Part shown: positions 31,073-40,878 of the stretch, one piece after another
Layout of the letters: every line of letters begins with the position of its first letter
Position numbering within the stretch: the first letter of the stretch is position 1
Source: an uncultured Planctomycetaceae bacterium
GTDB taxonomy: Bacteria > Planctomycetota > Planctomycetia > Isosphaerales > Isosphaeraceae
Direction: 5' to 3'
NCBI GenBank assembly: GCA_963833985.1
Contig: CAWIAD010000002.1
Location: 5,312,001-5,376,000, forward strand
DNA length: 64,000 nt
Position numbers and translations under genes: made by a program
Notes under the pieces: model-generated
The model's input: only the letters and a program-made list of their open reading frames with translations
Databases searched by the model: none
Told to the model about the DNA's origin: nothing

Positions 31073-31133
31073 CAGTGGGCAGTGGGCAGTGGGCCATGAG
31101 GTATTGGGTACGGACCCTGGCACACTGCCCACT
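31073..31133. repeat. CAGTGGG heptamer repeats forming a hairpin just 3' of the capsid gene
   Basis: (CAGTGGG)x3 at 31073-31093 and complementary CACTGCCCACT at 31123-31133. Confidence 0.7.
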
Positions 31134-31139
31134 TCATGG

Positions 31140-32294
31140 TCAGGCGGCCGCGAACGCGGTGACGCCGGTGACCCAGGCGTGATGGGCTTCGTTATCCAGC
31201 TCGATGGCGCCTTCCATGATGATGTCGCCCTCGAACGCATCGCCGCGGCTGCCACGGGGCTTGTCAATCATGGCGCGCTTGAGGCGGATGCGGACCTCGG
31301 CGTCGGACAGGCAGATCGCGGTGCCGGGCCGCAAGAGAGGGGCAGGGATGATGCTGATGCCCGAGAGGAAGGGCGCTTCGAAGAGGTCGATCGGCGTGCC
31401 GAAGACGTTCGAGCCGGCCGGAATCCGCATGGCCGCGTGGCCCCAGACCGCAAAGCCGGAAAGGAAATCAGTGCTGACCACCAGCACGCTCGGGTTGCCG
31501 CCTCCGTTGAAGCAGGCCTGGATCGTGTCGCGCACCAGGTCCGAAGGCTTGTAGGCCGCGGCGTTGATCGGCGCGCTCACGTTATTGCTCTGGACCAGCG
31601 TCGAGACTCCCTTCATGAGCGGCCGGCTCGTCGAGGCCGAAAGGGGCACGCCCTTGCCGTAGTAGCAGGCGCTCTCGAAGTCGTCCATCACGTGCTGCAT
31701 CGCCAGCATGCGGTCGCGGTCCAGCGGGGTGGCGAAGCCGGTGACGTAGTTGCTGTCGGCTTGCAGGGCGCCGCCCACCTGGTAGGCATGCTGCACGGTC
31801 TGGCAGTACTGGGTGACCGCCTGGGGAATGCGGCTGACGCTGGCGACGTTCAGCTCGGCACCGGTGCGCGTGTTGCTCACCAGGTAGGCCGTCGCACCGC
31901 TGGCGTGGCTGGCCGCGGTGGTGCCCGCGTAACCAGGCTGCACGCTGATGGTCGTCGCGCTGGTACCGGCCGAGCCGGCGTCGGGCGTACCGGTGACCAG
32001 CATGTACTCCTGGTCCACCTGGATCACGTCGCCGATGTCGTACTCGCTCGCATCGCCGACGGTCAGGGTGGTGGCCCCCGCCGTGAAGGCGGCAGCGACG
32101 GGCTGGCTACGGGGGCGATAGTTGTCGTTGGTGATGAGAAACTGGGGCGCGCCGGTCGGCAGCTTGGGCAGCCGGGAGATCAGTGGCGTGCGGTTGACGA
32201 ACCAGTTGATCGCCACTCCGAACACGTCGTTCGGAATGACCCCGGCGTTGAACGCCGTGAATTGAGTCAGCGGTCCACCTTCATACAGAGGCAT
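31140..32294 (-). CDS. Major capsid protein, SU10/DUF5309-like, with inserted beta domain
   Basis: 'TPLISRL', 'TQYCQTVQHAYQVGG', 'DFESACYYG', 'RPLMKGV', 'GDAFEGDIIMEGAIELDNEAHH'. Confidence 0.8.
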   Translation of the reverse strand: MPLYEGGPLTQFTAFNAGVIPNDVFGVAINWFVNRTPLISRLPKLPTGAPQFLITNDNYRPRSQPVAAAFTAGATTLTVGDASEYDIGDVIQVDQEYMLVTGTPDAGSAGTSATTISVQPGYAGTTAASHASGATAYLVSNTRTGAELNVASVSRIPQAVTQYCQTVQHAYQVGGALQADSNYVTGFATPLDRDRMLAMQHVMDDFESACYYGKGVPLSASTSRPLMKGVSTLVQSNNVSAPINAAAYKPSDLVRDTIQACFNGGGNPSVLVVSTDFLSGFAVWGHAAMRIPAGSNVFGTPIDLFEAPFLSGISIIPAPLLRPGTAICLSDAEVRIRLKRAMIDKPRGSRGDAFEGDIIMEGAIELDNEAHHAWVTGVTAFAAA

Positions 32295-32387
32295 GGGTTA
32301 GTCCTTTGGCACGTGGCCGATGAATGAACAAAGCGGGTCTTCTCAACTTCTGGCCACTGGCCACAGACCACTGGCCAATGCGATGGG

Positions 32388-33134
32388 TCACTGCCGGTTG
32401 CCGGACGGGCGAAGCCCGAAGGCCTGGTACTGGTTCTGCCGGTTCCTCCATTCCGAAACGATCGAGTCGAGCGAACCGGGCTGGGTCAGGGACGGGCCCG
32501 CCGGTGGCCGGGTGGCGTCGCTGCCGGAACCACCGCGTGAGGACGGGGCGAAAAAGATGGCGAACTGAGGCGAATCGAGGCGCTCGCGGAGCACCTCGGT
32601 CGCGGGCCGGCCGCTCACCTTCTCCCGCACCATCAGGGCGCCGGAGCCGTCACGCGTGGTCTCGAATTCGTCGGCCAGCAGGCGGCGGACCATCACGGCC
32701 GTGGCGGCCCGCGCCTCGGGCGTCTCACCCACGAACGCACGGCCGTGGAAAGCCTCGGCAATGGCCGAGTTCTTGCGCTCGGCATTGACTTGCTGCTCGA
32801 GCTGGCTGTAGCGGTTCAACGCCTCGGCATGTTTCTGTTCCCAGCTCTTCCGCTGCTGGGTCAGCGCTTCCTCCACCTGGCCCTTCTCGGCAAGCGCCCG
32901 CAGCCGCTCGGCCTCCTTGGCCTCGAGCATCGCTTGCTGGGCTTTCTGCACGTCCTCGAGTTGGTGCTCCAGCGATCGCAGCCGCTGGTACTCCTCGACG
33001 CTCAGGTGAATCGTCGGCGGCAGGGACGCTTCGGGGACCGTGGAAGGGCGGCCGGAATCTGGCGGCAGTGCCGGCTGCGCCTGGCCAGGAGACGTCGCGC
33101 CGGCATTCGTCGGCGAATAGGGTTGGTCACTCAC
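32388..33134 (-). CDS. Putative capsid scaffolding protein
   Basis: Coiled coil 'EAKEAERLRALAEKGQVEE' and 'FFAPSSRGGSG' tail; lies between portal and MCP. Confidence 0.7.
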   Translation of the reverse strand: MSDQPYSPTNAGATSPGQAQPALPPDSGRPSTVPEASLPPTIHLSVEEYQRLRSLEHQLEDVQKAQQAMLEAKEAERLRALAEKGQVEEALTQQRKSWEQKHAEALNRYSQLEQQVNAERKNSAIAEAFHGRAFVGETPEARAATAVMVRRLLADEFETTRDGSGALMVREKVSGRPATEVLRERLDSPQFAIFFAPSSRGGSGSDATRPPAGPSLTQPGSLDSIVSEWRNRQNQYQAFGLRPSGNRQ

Positions 33135-33237
33135 GGTAAGGCTCCAGTGCGTGGCGCTCTCTTGCGGGATGTGGTCGCTTCGGCAAGTCCAGGCTTCGCA
33201 GGGCACGGGCTTCGCAAGGCCCCGGCTCCGCGGCGCG

Positions 33238-34883
33238 TTACGGCTTTGTTTGCGGCTCCGGGTCGTCGGCCTCGCCCTCGCCCTCGCGGAGCTCCCCCGC
33301 ACGGGTGCGCAGGTAATCGTCCAGCTCCGTGTCGAACTCGCTGTACTGCTCGTCCTCGAGGCCCGGAAGCATCAGCCGGACCAGCCTTCGCAGCAGCTCG
33401 CTCTCGGTCTCCGGCGCGTTGCCGGCATTTGCCAGGATCTCCTGGAACTGGCCGATCGTCCGTGCCAGCTCCTCCGCGGTGAAAAGATCGAACTGCGTGG
33501 GATAAGCAATCCTCACGTCCTCGCGATCGGCGGAGGCCCGGCCGTCGTCCAGCACCAGCAGGGCCAGCTCGGCGATCTGCTTCTCGGCGCGGCCCAGCAT
33601 GCCGGCAATCTTGCCCAGCAGGTCGTTGCCGGCGGACTGGTCGATCCGCTTGGAGATGCCGCTCTGCGCGACGGTCGTCCCTGTTGATCCGCTCGCACCG
33701 GCCGGCTTCAGCAGCAGCGCCGCGCGGTCCGCGGCGTCGCGCAGATCGGCCTTGTTCAGGCGGATCGACTCGGCACCCCCCTTGGGAAACTCGACGACGT
33801 CGAACCCCTCGTAGGTCGCGCCCGCACCGCTGGAGTTCTTCTTCTTGGGCAGCAGCCAGTTCGGGCCGATCGGCACCGTGCCGTCCGGCTGGACGTAGTC
33901 TTCGGGTCCCTGCAAGAGCGGGTGCGCCTGGGTGGTATCCGAGAGGATCAGCTCGCTATCGCGGTTGTAGAATTCTCGCTGAAGCTCGGCGATGGATTCG
34001 TACCGCGGCAAGCCGATGTTGCCAAAGCGCGGCCGGCGGCGGTCGAACACCCGGACGATGGGCACTCGCCCGAACGGATGCGCGACGGGCCCGGCCTGGA
34101 TGTCGCCGGCTTCATCGAAGAGCATCCAGGTTCTCGCGTCCCAGTAACGCCAGAGAACCGAGCCGTCATCGCGCACCTCGCGGACCACGCACTGGCGGTA
34201 ATGGCCAAGCCGGTCCAGGCTCCACCAGAGCATGTTCTCGGGAAGGATGTACGAGGCCACGCAGCCGTCGAGGCCCAGACGAAACTCGTCGGCACGGGTG
34301 CGGACCTGCTCGCCGTCGGGAAGCGGCGGGTGGTCGACCACGATGTCGAGCTGGCCCAGCACCAGGAGCAGCGGGGCGATGGTCCCGGACATCCACTGGT
34401 CGATCGTGGTACCGCGGCCGTCCACGTTCTTCCACCAGGCGCGGAGCCTTTCGGGAGCGCCGCGATGGACTTCCCGGCTGAAGATCCGCGCCAGGTGGGC
34501 CTCGACCGCCTCGGCCACGAACGTGGGCACGGGCGTGCGCGCCTGCGCAGCTCGTAATCGTCGTCGGTGGCCTGGTTCGCCGGATCGGTGCCCGGCGGCC
34601 TGCCGGTCTGCATCGAGTAGTTCGAGTCGAATGCCGAAGGGTACTCGCGCTTGTGCCGGATGAGGTTGCGCACGGGCAAGCCGTGGATGTCATATCCATA
34701 CACGGCCATGCGATAAGCCTCGCCCCCTTCCCACGAATCGAGCAGCCAGCGCCAGCGTAGCTGGAACAGGATCCACTCGTTGTGGGGCCGCTCGATCGTT
34801 TGCCCGTCGGGCAACGCGATGCGCGGCATCCCCCCCTGACTCGCCAGGTAGGCCAGGGCCGCTGAGTTTGGTGCAAGTGGCAT
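33238..34883 (-). CDS. Portal protein (frameshift near 34540)
   Basis: 'RHKRE..DYELRR', 'HPFGRVPIV', 'QSGISKRID', 'IAYPTQFD'; directly after terL. Confidence 0.8.
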
Positions 34884-34928
34884 GGTAGAAATCGGTGGGT
34901 TTCTTGGGAAAACGGGATCAGTGCTGCG

Positions 34929-36437
34929 TCAGAACACTCGTGCCGCCCGGGCCCTGCCCAGGCCTCTTTGCCGGCTGTGACTTTCCGGGAGCATCAGCTT
35001 CAGTGCTCCGCGAAGGGCATCGATCAGGTCCTCGTGGGGGTGCTGCGGATCGGCCGGGTAGTCCATCCACTGACCCGAACGGCGGGCTCGGGCGTAGCTT
35101 CTCATGGCGGCGATCAGAGTGTTGCACCGCGGGTGGATGGTCAGGCGGACGCCGCCGTCGGCCGAGCGGACGAGGTTCTCTATGAGACCCAGGCCATCGG
35201 TCACGCAGCCGGGATACTTGGGCCACTGGAGCAGGCCGCCGTCGCCCACCAGGCCGCACCTCTGGTACTCCGCGATGACGGTGGGCCCGACCGGGTTCCG
35301 CGACCCGCCGGCCGAATCGGTAGACACCTGCCGTCGCGCCGCACCACAGAGCCGTTCGGCCATGCCGCGGATCGACAGGGCGCAGGATTCGGCAGTCTGT
35401 CCCTCGGCCAGGAAGTCCGCGAAGATGTTCACCCGTGGCAGGGCATCGGGGCGCAGCTGGAGGAACACCGCGCCGGTGAAGACGCCACTGTCGATGGCAA
35501 TGTGCACCGGCAGCTCCGGGTTGAACTCGGCGTCCGGCGAGACGTTGTCGGCCTCGACAAACTGCGCGAACCAGACGCCGTCGGCCCGGGGCCCCCGGCA
35601 CAGGTAATCGCTGGCGAAGACCCGGGGTGAGACCGCCTTGCACTTCTGGATCAGAGCATCGATGGTGTAATGACCGCGGCTGCGCTTGGCCTTGGGCCGG
35701 CCGTGGGGGTCAAGATCGCGGTCCTCGTGACACCAGCTCACCAGGGGACACGCGGGGCACTTCTCCAGGTTCGGGCCGCTTCGCTCCGGTGGGCAACGCT
35801 CCAGCACCTCGAACATGCAGTACGTGAAGACCGGGAACTCGCCGGACCGCCCGCGCTCGATGAGCTGCGACATCGGTCCCACCAGGCGGTGCCAGGTTGA
35901 GGTCATGAGCACGCTGGCGCGGCAGCCGTGCCGCTCCATCACCATGCCCATCGCCGACTCGCGGATGTCCGGGTCGATCTCGTCCACCTCGTCCAGCTTC
36001 AGGCTGGCAACGTGCGGGCCGCGAACGCTGGTGGGGCTGGCGGCCAGGATCGCCACGCGCGACCGGTTCTGATACACGACCTCCGTCTTCAGCAGCTTGC
36101 CAATGGCGGCCGCGTCGCCGCCCAGGGCGCCCCTGCCATCGACGATCGCCTCGGTGAGCGCCCGGTAGATCTGCTCGGACTGCGCCTTGGAACCACCCAG
36201 GATCCTGGTTTCGTGGAGCGGGTGGAAACGGCTCTTCAAGTGTGTGTCGATGGCCGAGAGAAATGACTTGCCGCTGCCGCGCGGGCCGTGCCAGAGTGCC
36301 AGAGAGGGTCGCTCCAGCACCTGCTGGCTGAACATCGCCAGCGGCGCGGAGTGCCCCACGCAGACCGGGCGGTCGGGAATGCGCACACCGGTGAACTGGC
36401 GGACCCAGTCGGCCAGCTCGGCGCTGCTGGCCGGCAT
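34929..36437 (-). CDS. terL: Terminase large subunit
   Basis: Walker A GPRGSGKS, Walker B LKLDEVD, 'MTST' coupling motif, RNase-H-like 'AIDSG' and 'HEDLIDALR'. Start uncertain (the frame is open to 36572). Confidence 0.85.
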   Translation of the reverse strand: MPASSAELADWVRQFTGVRIPDRPVCVGHSAPLAMFSQQVLERPSLALWHGPRGSGKSFLSAIDTHLKSRFHPLHETRILGGSKAQSEQIYRALTEAIVDGRGALGGDAAAIGKLLKTEVVYQNRSRVAILAASPTSVRGPHVASLKLDEVDEIDPDIRESAMGMVMERHGCRASVLMTSTWHRLVGPMSQLIERGRSGEFPVFTYCMFEVLERCPPERSGPNLEKCPACPLVSWCHEDRDLDPHGRPKAKRSRGHYTIDALIQKCKAVSPRVFASDYLCRGPRADGVWFAQFVEADNVSPDAEFNPELPVHIAIDSGVFTGAVFLQLRPDALPRVNIFADFLAEGQTAESCALSIRGMAERLCGAARRQVSTDSAGGSRNPVGPTVIAEYQRCGLVGDGGLLQWPKYPGCVTDGLGLIENLVRSADGGVRLTIHPRCNTLIAAMRSYARARRSGQWMDYPADPQHPHEDLIDALRGALKLMLPESHSRQRGLGRARAARVF

Positions 36438-36453
36438 GCGATTGCGGACCGCG

Positions 36454-36807
36454 TCAATCAGGCTCGGCAGGACCCTGGTCTCGTCCCAGCTCGAGAATCT
36501 GGCGGGCGAGTTTGTCATCGATGTCAACTGCATCACGGCTTGAGGGGTCCGCGGAGCCCGGCTTGCCGTCAAGCCGGGTCCAGATTTCCAGCATGGCCCG
36601 CAGGCTTCCTCTGTCGGTGAATTCCAGGAGTCCCTGCACCAGCCGGTCTTGCCAGGAGACTCCGTCGCTGCTTCGCTTGTTGAGGTGGTTCCTCAGGCGG
36701 AAGGTCAAGCTGCCTCGGGCGGGGACCTCACTCTGCTGCCTCCGGTCGTTCTCCGGGGCCTCAGCCGGGTCGTTGTTGAGCCATGAATCAAGTTGAGGAT
36801 CGGCCAT
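36454..36807 (-). CDS. Putative terminase small subunit
   Basis: Immediately upstream of terL; 'GSLRAMLEIWTRLDGKP' resembles TerS-like C-termini. Confidence 0.55.
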   Translation of the reverse strand: MADPQLDSWLNNDPAEAPENDRRQQSEVPARGSLTFRLRNHLNKRSSDGVSWQDRLVQGLLEFTDRGSLRAMLEIWTRLDGKPGSADPSSRDAVDIDDKLARQILELGRDQGPAEPD

Positions 36808-37166
36808 CAGGGCACCGTCGAAGTGTCCGAGTTGTCCACGATGTGCCCGAGCTGCCGGATGATCCCCTCGAGCTGTTCCATCATCTCGTGCCGGTGCTTG
36901 TCATCCTCGTTCTGCTGCTTCTGGCTGTCTTGCAGCGACAGGAGCAGGCTGGCGAACTGACCCTGCTGGAAGGTTTCCTGCCGCTGGAACCGCTGGCGGA
37001 CCTCGCGGACCAGGGCGCGTGACCGCCGCTCAACTTGCCAGAGCTCGATGCTCATGTAGCCAAGAATGAGCGCCAGAAACACAAGCGCCCTGAGCTGCGG
37101 TGTGCGCTGCCGCCACCAGCCGAGCAAGTCATACCAGATGAATGTCCGCCTCGGATTCTTCATCAT
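36807..37166 (-). CDS. Single-TM coiled-coil protein (holin/antiholin/spanin-like?)
   Basis: TM 'ALVFLALILGYMSI' followed by a Gln-rich coiled coil. Confidence 0.5.
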   Translation of the reverse strand: MMKNPRRTFIWYDLLGWWRQRTPQLRALVFLALILGYMSIELWQVERRSRALVREVRQRFQRQETFQQGQFASLLLSLQDSQKQQNEDDKHRHEMMEQLEGIIRQLGHIVDNSDTSTVP

Positions 37167-37503
37167 CAAAGTGAACCTCCGGAACCGCCGGCAGCGCCGC
37201 GACAGCACCGTGCGCTGCCTTGGCCCAGCCATACAGCTCACGCACGGCGACGCCGGACCGGCTGCTACGCAGCTTGATCCTGAGCATGGCGACCTCGTGC
37301 TCGCGCTGCTTCTGCCGGTCCGACCAGTAGTCCTTGATAAAGGCGGAGATCGCCGCGACCAGTCCCGCCCCGCCCAGCAGGAACGAGCCCGTGCCCACGG
37401 AGGTGTCCGTCGAGCTCGCCTCGGCGATCACCGCAGCGCCGGTGGCCAGCAATCCGCCCACGACGGTGAGTGTCCTCGAGGTGAGTTCTGGCAGAATGCT
37501 CAT
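37129..37503 (-). CDS. Holin-like small membrane protein
   Basis: Two hydrophobic segments followed by the charged 'DYWSDRQKQREHE'. Confidence 0.5.
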   Translation of the reverse strand: MSILPELTSRTLTVVGGLLATGAAVIAEASSTDTSVGTGSFLLGGAGLVAAISAFIKDYWSDRQKQREHEVAMLRIKLRSSRSGVAVRELYGWAKAAHGAVAALPAVPEVHFDDEESEADIHLV

Positions 37504-37676
37504 GACACGCTCCACCCTTCCCGGTGCTGAAACGAGATGAGTTCACGGAAGAACGTTCCAGACTCTTTCGGAGAAGAGCAACGCAAGACCTGCTAGCGAC
37601 AGCAGGACCAGCCATGCCAGGTCTCCATGGTCCATCCTCGGCACGAATCGTGGCATGGCCGGAGCCTGTGGTGAAA

Positions 37677-38306
37677 TCAAGGTTTCCACGCTTTGACTTG
37701 CGGGGACGGATCCGCCGCATGGCTCGCGGAGGTCCCTGCCTGCGCCAGTCCTGTACGCCGGGCCGCGTACAGCCGCTCCCGGCGCTGCTTCCTCGTCTCC
37801 TTCACTCCCACGGCTGCCCTGACCGCGGCGGGCTTGCTCTCGGGACGCGGGTCGGTCCGGGGGTCGCGCTTCAGCGCTGGATGGTCGTCGAATCCCGACC
37901 GGGAACAGACCATGCAACAGAACACCGACCCGCGAGGGATCGGGCCGTGATGCGGACAGACCGATTGGGGGGTGAACGACCCGACCGGGAAAAGCGGCAT
38001 CAGCCGGGGCGGACGATCGCGTGCATCACCCGAGAGGCTGCGCACTGCGCCACTTGCCACCTCGTCCCGTGTGTGCAGGTCCCCGCTGAATCGGGTATTG
38101 CTGGAACGGGAGATCTGATGATTCGCTTTCTCCCGCGCTCGGGAGACCCCCAGCTGGATGCTGCGGCAACTGAGCCGTTCCTGCCTGGCGATCTCCTTGA
38201 TGCTCTTGCCGCAACGAACCTCTTCGAGCCAGGAAAGCTCGCGGCCCTGGCAGGCCACGGAACGCTGGGGCCTGCTCATGCCAGGTAAACCACGTGTACC
38301 GGCCAT
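37677..38306 (-). CDS. Putative HTH plus Cys/His zinc-finger regulator
   Basis: 'GKSIKEIARQERLSCRSIQLGVSRA' HTH; 'CPHHGPIPRGSVFCCMVC'. Confidence 0.6.
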   Translation of the reverse strand: MAGTRGLPGMSRPQRSVACQGRELSWLEEVRCGKSIKEIARQERLSCRSIQLGVSRAREKANHQISRSSNTRFSGDLHTRDEVASGAVRSLSGDARDRPPRLMPLFPVGSFTPQSVCPHHGPIPRGSVFCCMVCSRSGFDDHPALKRDPRTDPRPESKPAAVRAAVGVKETRKQRRERLYAARRTGLAQAGTSASHAADPSPQVKAWKP

Positions 38307-38617
38307 GTCGGTCGATCCTCAGCCGCCCGGCCACGATCGACTCTGCTCTCAGAATGCGCCAGGAATCTGGCTGATTTGCGTGAAAGACCTCCTAGTGGCC
38401 CATCACTCGTCTCTCAAGTTGTTATGCATCAAGAACTTGGACAAAAAGAAAAAAAACCGCCGGTGCGCAAAGAAAGGTGGCGATCTGGCGTCTTTGTGTC
38501 GCAGACTCAGAAGGGGGAGTGGCGCAATCTGGAATCTGGAATGACCTTATCTAACCAAGCCCGCCCGGCCCGGTCGCCTGCGCAGGCTCCCCTGAATCCG
38601 TCCGCCGATCTGATCGC

Positions 38618-39514
38618 TCAGGCCTCGTCCGCGCGCCCCGGCTGTCCTGATGGGGTTTCCACGGAGCGGGCCAACGGCAAGCTGGACGTCAGATGCACGC
38701 GTCCAAAGAGTGCCTGTCCGGAAAGGGCGGCGTCGGCGTGGCGACGCGGCCGCTTGCCGCCAGCGACCGGAACGGCCCGGGGCACTGACCAGGAAGCCGT
38801 TGCGGCCTCGTCCCAGTGCCCCGGCTGGCGGCACGGTACGACGACCCGCATCATGAACGCCGCGTGGCAGCCGCTCCCAGCCAGAACGAACAGGTGAAAC
38901 AGCTCATGCGAGCCGAAAACCCCTGGCAGCGGCACCGGCCAGCCTCGCAGGTTGATGAGAGCACCCATGCTGTAGAGAACACCCCCCAGCGGAAGCGGCA
39001 AGAGCGTGCGGTGGCTCAGGCTTCGAGCCAGCTCGCGATAGCAGATCAGAACCCCCCAGCCCATGGTCATGTAGATGGTGGTGGAAAGCCAGATGGGCAA
39101 GACCCCGCCCAACCAGACGCGCGCCGAGCAAAATGCGGCCACGCTCCAGACCACGCTCAGGGTACCGTGCCTCCAGCGGCGACGGAAAAGCGACCACGTG
39201 GCTGGCGTGTAAGTACCGGCAATCAGCAGGTAAATCCCCACGTGGTCCAGCCTGCGGTACCACCCGAGCGCCTCCCCGGAGAGCCGGACAGAGTGGTACA
39301 GGGCGCTGCTGCCGAAGCAGATCACCAGGGTCAGACCATAGAGGACCAGGGTTGCGCGCTTGCCGCGCTGGTAGTGCGTCACCCGGTCGTCGCCCGATGT
39401 GTCCCGCAACGGAGACCTTGCGCGTTCCCAGAAGATCCACGTGAGCGGAAGGGCCAGCATCATGCCCACGCCATGGCTGAGAGCGCTGATCGGCTCTCGA
39501 AGTTCAAGCAGCAT
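38618..39514 (-). CDS. Hemolysin III / PAQR family membrane protein
   Basis: 'SSALYHS', 'RRLDHVGIYLLIAGTYTP', 'HELFHLFVLAG'. Confidence 0.9.
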   Translation of the reverse strand: MLLELREPISALSHGVGMMLALPLTWIFWERARSPLRDTSGDDRVTHYQRGKRATLVLYGLTLVICFGSSALYHSVRLSGEALGWYRRLDHVGIYLLIAGTYTPATWSLFRRRWRHGTLSVVWSVAAFCSARVWLGGVLPIWLSTTIYMTMGWGVLICYRELARSLSHRTLLPLPLGGVLYSMGALINLRGWPVPLPGVFGSHELFHLFVLAGSGCHAAFMMRVVVPCRQPGHWDEAATASWSVPRAVPVAGGKRPRRHADAALSGQALFGRVHLTSSLPLARSVETPSGQPGRADEA

Positions 39515-39638
39515 CGCCGCGGCCCCGGGTTTGTGAGTTGCGTCATCGGTGGACTTTCGACCGCGCCGGGGCCCGTTCTTGAACCATTCCGAAGCTGGAA
39601 CTCGCGTGAGACAACGTTCCAGTCGTGCCTCCGCGGTC

Positions 39639-40580
39639 TCACCGATCCGGTGGGCAACGTTTCCCACGATCGCGCCAGAGCAGCAGTGCGGCAGCGGCCA
39701 GGCCGAAGACCACGAGCGTGCGGGGCTCGGGAACGGGGGTTGGCTGCACCGAACCGGTGATCACCTGGGCTTGCAGTACCGGCTTCGTGGTGCTCGCAAG
39801 CGCCTTGGGGGCAACGTTCTTGGGCGCCTTGATCCCCAGGTCGCTTTCGATCGCCGTGAGGCTTTGCTGGTTCCAGTTCACAAGCTTGCCGGATTTCAGC
39901 TTGAACAGGTTCCCCAGGTCCTGGACGAGCTTGGAATTCATGATCGGGTCGGTATTCGCGTTCGTGGGAACCAGCGTCTGGGCCTGAACAGACGTGCCGG
40001 ATGCGGCTGTGGACGTCGCCGCTACCGAAGACCCCGCCGGGGAGCTGCCGCTCGCGGACGAGGACAAGGACGAGGACGAGGCGGCCAGCCAGGCCAGGGT
40101 GGTGCCGCTCGACGCGGAGGATCCGCCCGCGCCGAAGAGCGGCGGCAGGGGCCTGACCAGGTACACACTCTGCCCGTTATAAACCGCGGCGTGCCCGTTT
40201 GCGGCCAGTGTTTCATCAAGCTGGGACTTGACCTGGGCATCGAACCGGAGCGGACCGGTAGTGGCAGCCGTGCCCGTCGTCGCTGGCGCTGAGTTCACCG
40301 TGGGGTAGTTTTGCGGCAGCGGGTTCCCCTTGAGCTGGACCGCGACATAACTGGGCAGCTCGCCGTTATTCAGAACCACCGGCCCTGCACTCGGGCTGGT
40401 CGGCATGGCAATCGGCTGTCCGTTCTGGTCCAGCACGATGGCATTGGGCAGCTTGCCGAGCTTGATGGTGGAGCACCATGCCAGCGGCCCCATGCCCGTG
40501 CCCGCACCCAGACCGATGCCGAAGATCAGCACCGCCAGTAGCCCGCGGCAGAAACGGTAAAAAAGAGCGATCATGTGCAT
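39639..40580 (-). CDS. PEP-CTERM sorting domain protein
   Basis: C-terminal VPEPRTLVVFGLAAAALLLWRDR. Confidence 0.8.
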   Translation of the reverse strand: MHMIALFYRFCRGLLAVLIFGIGLGAGTGMGPLAWCSTIKLGKLPNAIVLDQNGQPIAMPTSPSAGPVVLNNGELPSYVAVQLKGNPLPQNYPTVNSAPATTGTAATTGPLRFDAQVKSQLDETLAANGHAAVYNGQSVYLVRPLPPLFGAGGSSASSGTTLAWLAASSSSLSSSASGSSPAGSSVAATSTAASGTSVQAQTLVPTNANTDPIMNSKLVQDLGNLFKLKSGKLVNWNQQSLTAIESDLGIKAPKNVAPKALASTTKPVLQAQVITGSVQPTPVPEPRTLVVFGLAAAALLLWRDRGKRCPPDR

Positions 40581-40878
40581 GGCAGCGCCCCTCCCTGGGA
40601 AACGGCAAGTGCCGAACCGGCCTGATCTGACCGAGCTTCGATGTGACTGCGTTGAAAGGTAGGGCCTATCTAGCAGGATCACCGGGCAGGCTCAACCCGG
40701 GTTGAGCACCGCCGCGGGCGAATTGAAGCGGATTGAAAGATTTCCCTGAAGTTCTGCAACAAATGGACCGACAGCCCGCAGACCGTGCAAGGCGGACCGC
40801 TGGAGCAACCACGGAAATCCTGAAGACACCAACCACGGAATCTCAGAGGACAGAAACTGCGGAATTCCAGAAGACATC

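Larger units (their letters stand above)
3776..38306 (-). mobile_element. Phage-derived cluster (head, tail, replication/sigma modules) with no visible integrase; prophage remnant or GTA-like domesticated element
   Basis: Co-oriented terL-portal-scaffold-MCP-adaptor-tail terminator-tail tube-TAC-TMP-tip order, followed by sigma and primase/helicase genes. Boundaries are set by gene content only. Confidence 0.8.
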
